The position numbers were made by a program, and so were the translations under genes. This document shows positions 52,432 through 64,000 of a DNA stretch of 64,000 bases, piece after piece. The notes beneath the pieces are model-generated. The model did no database searches. It was not told the DNA's origin and saw nothing but the letters and a program-made list of their open reading frames with translations. The first letter of the stretch is position 1. Each line of letters starts with the position of its first letter. The DNA lies in assembly GCA_002633005.1 (NCBI GenBank), contig NMRA01000837.1:62001-126000 (forward strand), given 5' to 3'. This DNA comes from Phoronis australis (lineage: Eukaryota; Animalia; Phoronida).

Positions 52432-54952
52432 ATGGCGAATATTGCAGTCAGAACCTTCAGCTTATTTTGTTTTACGTTTTTGCTTTTAGGTGACTTGCAA
52501 GAATGCAGAGCAAAAACTGCTGTTTTGGTAAGCAGCGAAGAGACTCTCGTGAACGAAGTAAAGCGTTTCGCGGAAGAAAAGGATTTGCTTGTCGTGGAGA
52601 CGAACGAGCTTAGTTCTCGCAGAAGGAAACGGCACGGGCATAAGCCACCGGACGTTTGTGAAACGGTGTGGATGGAATACGTCAAAAAGGTAGGTTAAAG
52701 CTCTCTATTACGTCACAGTTAGACGATGGAATTTTGGTAATAGTTTTTACAATTTTTTGTAGCTAAAGTCAGCATTGCGTACCGTCGTTTTACGTATTAC
52801 CAACGAGACGCAGACTTTTATAAAATTCCCTCATGGCCTGTATGAAGGAATTGATTTCATAGAAAGAACGCTGCACGGTCCGTGTGAAAATTGTTTCAGT
52901 CCACACTTTCTTTGAGAAATCAAAATTGCTAATGTTCGCTAAAACAAATATTAATTTATGAAAATGAAAGATTGTTTACAAATATGTTATCTTTATATTT
53001 ATTTAGCTTGGAGACGTTGCCAACCAACAACAAAAACTTGACGACATTCAAAACAGAATAGCAAAGCTGAAGGAAGCCATTGAATTGGAGAAAATAGGTA
53101 AATTGAAAAACGTCACCACTCATAAGCATAAAACTCATCCTCCGTTCGCCAGTTTCTCTTTATTCACTAAAAATAATGGCACGGAAAAGGTATTAAAATG
53201 TTGACCGTATTGGTTAATGAACTTTGACTTTGGTCACGTTACTGACTTTGATGGTGACCAAGGAGATCTGCAGTCAGTGTGATCGTCTCGTCCAGCAGCA
53301 AAATGTAAAATGGCACCACGCATGAAGCCTAAAATTTATTTAAGTCGGCATTTTCTGTTTTCATTTCTGTGAAAACGAAACCAGTTTTACAATCATCGGC
53401 AGTATATCCATAGGTTTCATGGGACTTGTCCTACCAGTCGAGACCGATACTAAGTACGATTGAATTTCTACTTGTCTTATTGCTTATTGCATATCGAAGC
53501 TCGGCTAAGAGTTCGCTTCACCCTGTCTTTTGATTCAGAACACTCATCGTCAATACATAAATGGTCTGAAATTATTCCTCATTCAGGTTAGAAACGATTT
53601 CTGGAAAAACGGACAGTGTGGTATTGTTCGAGACCACGCTTGGTGTGTAAAACGATAGGCCGGGTTAAGACAACTTTTCCATTCAGATTTCAAAATTGCC
53701 AGTTGTTTTCAAGCACAGTGATCACTTCCAGAGTAAGGTACAATATGAGACTGCGGTGACCTAAATCAAACGGTACACAGTAACCTTGAAGGTGCTAATC
53801 CGCCTTTGGTTGTCGGAAAACAAACTTTGATTTAGACCACTAGATGCCGCTATAAAATTGGTTTCAACTTGTTCCTTACTCAGACGAAGGCCATCGCAAA
53901 ACTGGCGGTTCGGATATGCTTGAAATCATGTTAGCCAATGAATAAAATGACACTTTGCAGCAAGCTTTAAATCAAGCAGTAACAAGTTGTCAATTTGCCC
54001 AAGCTTAGGAATTTCCCAAAGTAAGACCAGATTTATGGCAGCGAGGGCCCTACTAAGACAAAAGTTATTTTTTAAAAATGAATAGCTGGTAGTCCCGTTT
54101 TAAATAATTGTTGGATTCGCGACACGTTGCAGTTCACAACCTCTTGGTCTGTTTTCCGTTTTAGACACTTGCCGAGAATACATTGGTGGTTTTGGAGACC
54201 CCGTCAAAGTTGATGAGCGCAGCTCTCTGATGGGTACTTTCATGAACGACCTCGCTCCTGGTCGAGACGAAATTTGGGTCAGTGACGGCTGCTGCGAGAT
54301 GAGCAAATTGTACGAGTTTAAAACACTGTCAGATTTCCAGAACGATAAAGTATTCCGCACGCACCAACTAGACACCCCATGTGACGGAACAGGTCACGTA
54401 ATATACGACGCCAAACTGTACTGTAACAAGAAAAATTCGAACACTTTGCTGAAATTTGACCTGAGAACACGCAATGACACAATAGAACGTAGTCTTCCTA
54501 ACGCAGGTTATCGCAACAGATTTCCCTATCAGTTTTACGCTTACAGCGACATTGACTTCGCGATTGATGAGCAAGGATTGTGGGTAATATACAGCACGCC
54601 ACAAAACAACGGCAATATGGTAGTCAGTCGGCTTGGTTTCAATAATTTGACGGTATTGAGTACGTTTGAGACAAACTTTAAAAAGAACCATGTAGGTAAT
54701 GCTTTCATGGCCTGTGGTGTGTTGTACGCTACCAGTTCTTATGTAGATTCGCCCACGTATATTGTATACATGTATGATACAAATGACGGTACTGAAAAAT
54801 TCCTTAACGAAAACGCTATGAAATTACGCGTAAATGACTACGGAAATGGTCGAACGTCCACTTTCATGTTAGATTACAATCCGAAAGACAGAAAGTTGTA
54901 CGCGTGGACGTATTACAACCAAATAACGTATCAGGTCCTCAGAAACTTTTAG
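52432..54952 (+). CDS. Secreted prepro-olfactomedin-domain protein (OLF-C), 378 aa; exons 52432-52689, 53007-53097, 54165-54952
   Basis: Signal peptide MANIAVRTFSLFCFTFLLLGDLQECRA; RRRKR site; coiled-coil exon LGDVANQQQKLDDIQNRIAKLKEAIELEKI; OLF motifs CDGTGHVIYD, SDIDFAIDEQGLWVIYST, GNAFMACGVLYA, MLDYNPKDRKLYAW. Intron phases 0 and 1. Confidence 0.92.
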
Positions 54953-55099
54953 ACTTTGTAATTATGTAGTCTGAAATTATTCATTTAGGTGCATTGCTAT
55001 AAACCTCTAACACAATGTTGTGCGTAACGAATAAAGACCTGTAGTTAATATCTTCGTTAGTTTGTTTTGTTCATGCTGTTTTTTGTTAAAGGGGTATTT

Positions 55100-55630
55100 T
55101 TTCATACTCTCTAGGTTATATAGGATCTTAGACAAATGTCCAAATTTGGCTAACTTCGGCACGCCATATCTCAGAAGTGGCTGATCGGGTTGTGAAACTT
55201 TCACATACTTTGTCTTATGATAATTCGGTAATGGTCGGATATAACGTGCCCGAATTTTGATAACAAGTTTTCTCCACTGAATAACGGGCATCAAACCGGT
55301 TCTCGAAATACGGGCACGTTACCTCCGACTATTGCCGATAATCCTATGTAAAACGCTTACCACAAATAGGATACTTGTTAAGATTTTAACAAAAAAATTC
55401 AAAAAGTGAAACTGAAATGTCTTTTTAACAGCGTTTTTAAGATTTCAAATTGATTATTTTTTGAAATGAAATTTGGGAAAATCATTGGTACCGTGGATCT
55501 GCTGTGCATGTACCTTTTACTGAATGCAAAGACTTAGTCACGTGACGCAATCATGACAAATTGATATAAAGTTAAAAATCAAAGTCTGCGAGGTTTCTAA
55601 AATGTAGGCTAAACTTTCACAGAGTTAAAT
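55100..55630 (+). repeat. Dispersed repeat family copy (same family as 37270-37780)
   Basis: Collinear similarity with 37270-37780, including CAAATTTGGCTAACTTCGG...ATATCTCAGAAGTGGCTGATCGG...GAAACTTTCA and TAACAGCGTTTTT. Confidence 0.75.
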
Positions 55631-56422
55631 TCGTTTTACCGCGCAAGCTCTTTCCTAATTCATCGTGCAGATGATATGTCGGTTGACTTTACCGTGAAGA
55701 ATTTGCTCACTGCAACCTTAATTTCCTGATGCTCATGTCAACTGATCCGTGAGACAATGTAGTCTCTTTAATGAGCAAAATGCATTGGCCAACTTGATGA
55801 GATTGGAAACATCATGTTTAGCTTATTGTGCTGCAATTGATATACCCCATTTTCTTAATTAACCAACTTTAAAATATCTAGGGCCTGGGTCTAATATTTG
55901 CATCCGAATTCAAAATTGGCACCATTTTAGCAATTTTTTCTTATACTTTTGTGCGAACTCAGGATAAGTGACTACTAATCTTTGGTCGAGAACATTACGG
56001 TTTATAGATATGAGTTTGCATTAATTGATGACCTCCTATATTCTTGATACAAACTCAAGTAAACACTCGAGATTTCGAGTAAAAACTCGAAATTACGAAT
56101 TTAGACCCGAATTTTTGCCTTGATGTCGGTATCATCAAGAATGCAAAGCATTATGTACTCGAGTATAGAATAGCAAACCCTTGTCTTGAGTTCGATCAAT
56201 GTAGTATTATAGAAACTGCCAACAATAATTTCAAATTTGATGCCAAGTAAACAGATAAAACCTAGAGCTCTAGTGATCGAAACATTTACAATATAAATTT
56301 GACTATATCTGCGTGCCTATGTTTCATCCAGTAACTCAATGTTGAAAAATACGTATAGGTAATGTTAGATTGCGTGTGCACTACCTGGAACATAACAAAT
56401 ACGATATTGTGTACGCACTACC

Positions 56423-56492
56423 CAGTAACGGATTTGGGGGCCAAGGGGGCCATGGCCCAACCCCCTAAATCTAAATCCTGGATCCGCCCGTG
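56423..56492. mobile_element. Very short hAT-like MITE remnant
   Basis: CAGTAACGGATTTGG...GGGGGCCATGGCCC..CCCCC...CCTGGATCCGCCCGTG with inverted ends; CTACCC occurs on both flanks. Confidence 0.4.
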
Positions 56493-57916
56493 CTACCCGC
56501 AGCCCTACTAGTGTGAGTTGCACGCTTGCACGCGCACTACCCGGAACACGGCAAGTGTGATGACAGGAATTTTCATCCAAGTTCACTTATGCTTTTACAA
56601 AACTAGCTTTTAATTTTCAAAATGGTCAGTCGATTTTCGTGGATACATAAATACGTGAATCAGAAATCAAGAAACCCTTACAAGATACATGGCAGAAAAT
56701 AACCTTGACATATTGGGCTGTCACACGGCGACACAAAAACGGGGGACCCTCAAACAAAAATGTCCTGGCCCGTATAACAAATGTTCTATTAAAATTTGGT
56801 TGTGTGTTCCTTTCTCGACTAATACCGGCCACACGCCAGGGGTTTCTCCAGGACGCCTGTAAATGACTGGGGGGCACGTGGCACGCGGAGCCTTTGCTTC
56901 CCAAACTCTTTGTTGTCGTGAATTATATTCATTTTAGCATATTTCATTAATTATTTAATCAAGTACGGGTAATTATGTTGATTTTGTTGTCAAGAATGAC
57001 TTGTGTTTAAACTTCGTAGAACGACAGTGTTTGTTTGTCATGCATCCGATAGGTGTCGACACAGAAAGGTTGACGACACCTACTTCAGGTACCTGCGAAT
57101 GTTCATGAGTGAATTATGGGGCAGAGGCCGATGGACCAGTTGGAAGACTGAATCCACGAAGCAAGTGGCGACTGGTAGGAAGGTCTCAGTTAGGCATCTT
57201 ATTAATTAGAAGACAAAGCTAAACAGTGCAAAACCTCAGTTAAAGGTCAGATCATCCGCGCTACACAGACAAAGAGCTAGCTATTCGCTAATTCTCTATT
57301 TTAACATTCTTGAACAAGCTCAACAAATCCGTCACAAAATGTTGCACGAACGTCGGTTGAAGTTTTGATGTGGTTGTTTTTAAACACAGTAAAAGCTTGA
57401 CTCTGCGCGTGCACAAAGTCAGCAGAGTTCTGTATAGGTGTTTTCGTAAACACAGAAACACAACAGTGATTGTTTATGTTTTCCAAGTTCACCAATATCC
57501 CAAAATTTTCAGCATTGGATGTTTGCAAGCACGTTCAGTTCCGTGACGAGTAAAATGAGGTAGAAAATATACAATAGACAGAATATAAGTAGAACGGTAT
57601 CATTGATGGCTTTCAACAAGTGAGCGAGTCTCCATGTACATGGGATTGTTATGCACAATAAAATATTTTCGACGTAACTACTATGTTGTGCGCTTTATCT
57701 TTATGTTTTAAAACATGAAGAAGATGAAGAGAAAGAACATGCATAATTGACGTCACTTTATTAACAGAATCACGCCAAATCACCAAATCAGGAGTAGTAC
57801 ATTTCTAGATATAGGTTTACAGCAAACTCGAGGCAAAATCGCACATGATATTAGGCTTGATATAATAAATATTTGAATTAATGTGCTATTACTGTTAGGA
57901 GTAGGGTATATTAGCA

Positions 57917-58212
57917 CTAGATATCACATGAACTGCTGTCGTCGGTGGTGGTGGTATTGGTGTTGGTTGCGGTGGTCGTGTAGCAGCCGCAGACACAGCG
58001 GCAGAAGTAGTAGTACTCGTTCGGGTTCACGCGGGTGTACTCAACACCTTTAATCCACTCACAGGTCTTGGACTTGTGCGGGTCGACCCTCCCGTGGATT
58101 TGTTTTCCACATTCACGGACACAAGTGCTTATCCAATTTCGTTCTTCAGTTCTGGACCACTTACAACGGCGATCCGTGTGAACTTCGTACGTCCCGTTAT
58201 TTGGTATCTCCT
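57917..58212 (-). CDS. Terminal coding exon of an unannotated small cysteine-rich (CS-alpha-beta/defensin-like) protein
   Basis: Acceptor CTGTCTTTTGCAG|AG (phase 1), then 97 open codons EIPNNGTYEVHTDRRCKWSRTEERNWISTCVRECGKQIHGRVDPHKSKTCEWIKGVEYTRVNPNEYYYFCRCVCGCYTTTATNTNTTTTDDSSSCDI*. GC-rich with many C-ending codons. AATAAA on the minus strand at 57757-57762. The start exon was not identified. Confidence 0.6.
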
Positions 58213-58384
58213 CTGCAAAAGACAGTTTACAAAGGAAACAGCGTGAATAATAATAACTATATGAACAATAACAATGACGATATCAGTGACGGTGGCTGCG
58301 ATAATCATATTAATTATCTGAATGATAACGATCATAATACTAACGTATTGGCTCGCCATTAGGCCCATGGGCGCTTTGTACAAA

Positions 58385-58840
58385 TGAAGATGATAGTGAT
58401 GGTGATTATAATGATAATGATAATGATGATGGTGGTGATGATGATGGTGATATTAACGGCGGTGATGGTGATGATAATAGTGATGGTGATTGTGATGGTG
58501 ATGGTCGTAACCATTTGGCAGTTCGGGGGTGCGAAAGTCTGACGGGCAAAATCCTGGCTAATAGTCTGCCCTGGCCCCCTCACTCAAAATCCTTCATTCG
58601 CAACTGGTAATAATGATGATGGTGATGATCATGGTGTTGATGATGGTGGAGATGACAGTAATGGTGTTTATAATGATAATGGTGGTGATGATGATGGTGA
58701 TTGTGGTGGTGATAATAGTGATGATGATGATGATGGTCATGATATGGGCGGTGATGAAGATGGTGATGGTGAAGGTTACGGTGATGATGATGACGGTGAT
58801 GAATATAGTGACGGTGATAAGGATTATGATGGTCATGATA
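58385..58840. repeat. Degenerate (GAT/GGT/AAT)n trinucleotide microsatellite, interrupted at about 58510-58605
   Basis: Long run of GATGATGGTGAT..., which explains the His-, Ile- and Met-rich ORFs here. Confidence 0.95.
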
Positions 58841-59089
58841 GCCAGCATTTGTGGAGTCATTTGTGTTCCATATTAACATCAGGCAAGTAAATCTGAAGAG
58901 GAAACTACATTCGGAAACTAGTAACGAATCTCTCCTTGCTGTTCTGAGTAGCTTCATGCATCCTTAACAAAATTTATTCATAGGTCAAAATCGATTTAAA
59001 TTATAAGTGAAAAATAATGTTTGTGTACGGGTATTAAAATATAGAACTAGTAACTTATTTCATTCCCAGAGTAAGGATTATGGTGATAG

Positions 59090-59781
59090 AGAGAGGTTTC
59101 GCAAAGCAACGTGGGCGGGAATTATGACGCTTACGTAATTGCGGGTGCTGATTCACGTTACAGTAACATAAATGGGTTTCGCAACAGCTAAATTTTTACG
59201 CGAACGTGACAGTAAACGTGAACTGAATAACTGAGCTCAGTGTGTCCAGTTAGCGTAGTACATATCCGTTAAATAGAAATATGCGTTGAATGTGAAAATG
59301 TCGTGTCTACTCCTGCGAAAAATGGTCAACTCTTAGAATGCGACATTTATTTGGAGTTTAAAATATTAAATAGATGCGTGTAAATTAAGCATGTAAAAAT
59401 TTAACTACACAAAACCATATCTGTAAAAAAAACATTCTACTTCGATGATATCCAGCAAACTCCTGCAGAATTGAGAAAGTGTTGCCTTTCTTGAAACTAA
59501 ATTTTAAGATTATCTAAAGACAAAATTCGTATTCATTTTATACTGAAGCAAGGAAGAAAGATTGAGAACCCTATCAAAATAAAAATCTTTTCGTTGTCTT
59601 AGCAAATAAGTATTAAAAGGAGCCGCAGGTTTTGCGTTTAAAGCGACGCGAATCTCTGTATTCGTGTAAAATACTCAGGACAAACACTATCGGGATTACG
59701 TCACAGCCAACAATGGCATGTATGACGTGGTATTATAAATGCGCGATAATTCACGCTCATGTCGCTTTGCGAAACCTCTCT
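59090..59781. mobile_element. MITE with about 36-bp TIRs (Harbinger-like)
   Basis: AGAGAGGTTTCGCAAAGCAACGTGGGCGGGAATTAT pairs with ATAATTCACGCTCATGTCGCTTTGCGAAACCTCTCT. Confidence 0.75.
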
Positions 59782-62416
59782 ATTTAATTCCTAAGAATGA
59801 CTTTTTCATCTTCTCAAAGCGCCTAACACCACTGTTGTGATTGTCCACAATTTCTCAAAACATTTCCAGATGGTAGATAAGATATGAATCTTAAAGGTGA
59901 TAAGCAATTATTGATTGCTACTTTATCCTTTACGAAAAAAAAGAAACTTCATTGTCTACCATGTGTGTCTTAAATATGTGAGATTTCGCTGCAAGTCAAC
60001 CCCAGGATTTGCTACACAAATCAAACGTGACGGACACACGTTGCTGATACGTTCAGTATCGAACAACAGTCGATTACAGAGTCAACCGGCCTGCCCTACA
60101 GACATTTAGCACAGTGTCTCCTAAGCTAAAGACCGTTTTATCAATGTTCATTCGTCCGGTCGTAACTAAAATGATTTGAACCCGGAGTACAGCTTTCTCG
60201 TGCTTCAAACGTTCCTGAAGCACCAAATCAAACTCAAGAGGTTTTACGGTCATAATTCGTTCACCTACTTGATGTGCGCTAAATCATGAAAGCTGGTCCA
60301 AAATCACTGACAATACTGTACATAGTTTAATTTAGTTTTTAGAAGTGCTATGCTACACTCGTATCCTCACAAAAGTTCTTAGCATGGTTTATCAAAACAT
60401 ATATGCAAATGTTTCAAAAGGCTACAAACTTATATCAAGCCCACATGCAGGTCACTTAAATCTTTGAAACACAATAATGGCCAGCCCTTAAATGTTTGGT
60501 ATATATGAACGAAACAAAAGTAGAATGGCTAAAATACTTATCATAATCTCTGGAAATATGGGCAAGACAAAAGCAACCCAGAGGGATGAGAAAGTACTGA
60601 AAGCGTTAGAAGGTAAATGGGGAGGGGGGGGGGGGATGGTTGGTAAAATTGGAGACTGAACTCTGGCGTCTATATTGCTGACATAAAGAAATCATACTGA
60701 AAGGATTTACTGCATTCATCGTTCAGGGTAAATAATGTTAGCAGGTGCGAGGAAATCGCAAAGTCAGATGTTTGCGTGAGATATTTTCAAGCAATTAAAC
60801 AAACAGATTTTCCACTTAACATTACCTTCTATTTTTGGCAACAAAATGGCCGGCAATTTACTTTAGGGTATATGGAGAATTCAACGTTATTAATCAGTTG
60901 TCTTTTCCAGTTTCATGATGCAAAAATACAATATAGACGTCCCCGTAGCGTGTTTACGAAACATTAGCAAGATTAATAAATAAACCATGAAATGGTTAGT
61001 ATTACTCAGTTTATCGTGACAACGAAAGTCATGAAAAGTTTACTATTGGTAAATCCTAAAAATACTAATTGAAATTCCAGTACTGTACCATTTCCTTGAT
61101 AATTAACATCTCGTTGTCCAGCTGCCATATTTTGCTTTAGAAATTTGAATCAATTTTTTACGATGTCTTACGATGATTTCGTAACTCCTGACGAGTTCAA
61201 GAATATTCCAACCGAGCTCTGTGAAGGCAGCGATCAATTACTGGTAGCCTCGAACTCAATTTGAAATTTGGTTATGAATGGCTATAGTTTTTCGATAATG
61301 TTTTTCTTTTAACCTCTTCGCATCAATGTTAAGTTAATGCGTCGTTATTGAGTTGCGCGATGATTATAACAATCACTGATGCCCTTAGTTTCCGGAGAGT
61401 ATCCTTCTTTCCAAGACGACGGTAAGTTATTCAAGATTTTCTTTAAAACTCCGTTCAGTGTACTTGGGTTACATAAAATGAATAATTTTCAATATCTACG
61501 AATATGTCAAAATACCGAGGAGATATTAGGGACAACAAGTTACGCTAGTTACAAGGAAATGGCCCTCATTATTGAGTTTTATGTATTCAAATTAACCCCA
61601 GTTCACAATTTTTCCATCTCGTTGTCTCAAGCATAACCAATCAGTTTCTAATCGTTGAAATATTTCCCTTTTTTGAGCAATTATTGCATTGTTACTTGCT
61701 TACTCTCACTCATTCACCGATGGTAGATTTCAGCACAACCATGCTCCGCTCCACTGTGCAACATTCTCGTTGTGCTGAGTGCAATTGTCCTACGATTCAT
61801 TTTTTATTTTATTAGCTTTATTTTCCATTCTGCGCATGGGTGGTCCTAACTAAGGCAACCCTTTTTACTGCACACTGCATCCTCTTTTTATATTGTTAGG
61901 GGCATTCTGATTCCCGCAGGACCTGAGCAACCGCTCATGTTACTTAATCAGTGAGTCGCCCTTGGTTCGCTGTGACATTGCTTTTTCTGCAACATTAGAT
62001 ATTATGTCGTTGTTCTGTTGCTGCTGTTCGTTGCTGTTGTTTGTAAATCATTGCGTATAATGTTGAACCTGACACATCCCTGAGGTCTGTTTCAAGAAAA
62101 TGACTTAAGACTACACACATGTTTTTTTTCTGAAAAATAACTAAATTTCACTTGAGCAAAAATGCGAATTCTTGAATATTCACATAACTGCTAGTTACCG
62201 AGATAATTTCTAAGAATTATTTTGTAGACTGAGATGCACTCGTAATTTCTTGGCTAAAACCTTTTAAGCAATCATGACGAAGGAGCGTGGGACCAAATTT
62301 CTGTCTCAAGTTGCCTTCATGAAACACACAACTGTTGTCTGTTCACGAACATGTAATGTTGCAGGGGATGGTGTTAGCGCCGGAAACCTCAAATTTTGCG
62401 TTGAGCTGTTATCCTG

Positions 62417-62846
62417 TGCCCGGTTGCATGAAACAGTCCCAAATAGGGACTCAACTAAGTTCCCTAAATCTACTGAGTATTTGTAGGCTTGTGAAAACAC
62501 TGATTGCCCTTTCGTGTGCTGTTAAAGTCTCATTACCAAGTCAAGTTTTGACTTTGATACGAATCGAGAAGAAACTATAAGTTGAATTCTCAATATTATT
62601 GAAAATAGGATCTTTTCATGCAACGCACCTAATTTAAGGACCAAGTCCCTAATTTTTTATGACTTAATTAAGGACTCAGTTTTCAGTTATATTATTAGGA
62701 AATACCATTAGTCAAAGAGGAGCTTATAATAAAGATAAAATGATAGAAAAATATTGCATCTGTGAGTAAAAAAACGACACAAATAGGCAAAAGATTTAAG
62801 GAACTTCGTTGAGTCCCTATTTGGAACTGTTTCAAGCAACCGGGCA
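62417..62846. mobile_element. Harbinger-like MITE(s) forming a ~55-bp inverted repeat
   Basis: TGCCCGGTTGCATGAAACAGTCCCAAATAGGGACTCAACTAAGTTCCCTAAATCT pairs with AGATTTAAGGAACTTCGTTGAGTCCCTATTTGGAACTGTTTCAAGCAACCGGGCA. An additional internal end TTTCATGCAACGCACC lies at about 62614-62629. Confidence 0.75.
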
Positions 62847-63559
62847 CTGTAGAATACACATTATTAAGTCGTACCTTTGCATGCCTCTTACAGTTGGTCG
62901 CGTGCAGCAGATTGAGTGCGGAGACCAACACACGATGGCAATGAGACGAAGAACTGAGATCAGGAACAAGAAACGAGTTGCCTATTTCAATGTCTACAAA
63001 GCTATTGGCAAAAACTAAACTTTTGATTCTTTGAAGTTCGCTTTGGTTTCGTATCAGTCTCCCGGTGTGTAGTGTGTCTAACAACAAACTGTTGACCTAC
63101 TTAAAATTGGAGCACGATGCACAGCTTGACCCTCTTAATATGTTTTGACCTCATCGACTTGGTTTAAATTAAAGATTTTTGTGATAATAAAATTAATTGC
63201 GCACTGAAAATTCAGATGACATTGCGCGTGAATGTTGAAATAATGAGGTGTATAGGTTACGTCGACCAAAACCAAGTTTTCACCGAATAATTAACCGAAA
63301 ACCTTGAGACTTTCATCGCTCACGAATTAATCGGCTTTTTCTCTGCTTCGGCAAATCGTCTTAATTTTAACTTAGGAGCACGAGTTTTCAAAAACAGCTC
63401 AGTGGATTTCGAGGAAACTTTCCAAACTTAATATTAAGTCATCAATCTCAAAAACGCTGTTAGGATTTTTGATATAAAAGCCTAGTTTTTGCGTAAAGCA
63501 ACAAAGACAAATACGAATGCTTTTTTACCTTACCTTTTGCGAGTTGACACCAAACGACT

Positions 63560-63730
63560 ATTCGAAAATTCCTCGCAGCGTTTTTGAGGTAACTGGTGAC
63601 GTTTTCATTTAAAAAAGGTTTCTTTAAAATTGACCGAGGGGTTATTTTGCTATGAACGCACCTTTCTTAAAAATGAAATTTTGACTTAAAAACGTGTTAA
63701 CATAATAATAATGAAGGTACACAAATAAAA
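63560..63730 (+). repeat. Dispersed repeat shared with about 33930-34070
   Basis: Shared TTTAAAAA..TTT..TAAAAT.G....GGGTTATTTTGCTATGA....TTTCTT...ATGAAA.TTT.ACTTAAAA. Confidence 0.6.
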
Positions 63731-64000
63731 ACACATTTTTATAATTCCTGTCCTTTTTTCAATCAAAAAATATATACTTTTACTAGTTGACAACCTCTAG
63801 TTTTTTGATATAGGAATTAGAATGGAGTCCACTAAATAAGGTTTGAGATAACCTTAAACAACTACAAAATAACAAAAATAATCTTAAAAGCGTGTCCCGC
63901 GACCTTGGCGCTAAAACTATTTCATTGTCGCTATGGGCCCATTAAAATTGGAAGCGAAAAGGGATAAAAGATTAACATTGTCCACGAGTCCTCCAAATTG

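Noticed and set aside
58359-58957. His-rich, Ile/Thr-rich and Met/Val-rich ORFs (possible metal-binding protein)
   Set aside because: All are translations of a degenerate GAT/GGT microsatellite that is open in several frames. There is no signal peptide or convincing exon structure, although a His-rich exon cannot be fully excluded.
59930-59953. ATG AAG TTT CTT TTT TTT C|GTAAAG as first exon of the Cys-rich peptide gene
   Set aside because: The phase is compatible, but it gives only 6 residues and a weak donor, and no exon completing a signal peptide was found. Not supportable.

Overview
AT-rich, intron-containing animal genomic DNA, probably an invertebrate and possibly a mollusc or other lophotrochozoan (inferred from gene structure and repeat style). 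It has two assembly gaps (14824-15790, 30612-30763). From left to right: (1) a decayed Ty1/copia remnant joined to a Ty3/gypsy gag fragment and to an antisense pseudogenic piece of the GANP/SAC3 (MCM3AP) domain; (2) a cryptic plus-strand chain of phase-1 exons with an internal duplication (2.4-4.4 kb); (3) a 17-coding-exon DCAF6 gene on the minus strand (about 944 aa); (4) a young gypsy LTR element with 145-bp LTRs, TSD, PBS and PPT; (5) a two-exon CPTP/GLTPD1 gene; (6) three secreted coiled-coil plus olfactomedin genes, two of them head-to-head; (7) an unannotated terminal exon encoding a cysteine-rich, CS-alpha-beta/defensin-like peptide that the ORF track misses; and many MITE-like elements. 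The best candidate for a new system is the 42-58 kb secreted-protein locus. Two of its olfactomedins share an unrecognised N-terminal motif and lack a Ca2+ ligand. The third has a furin site followed by His-Gly-His. The Cys-rich peptide exon lies next to them. All homology calls are by eye from remembered family sequences; no searches were run.
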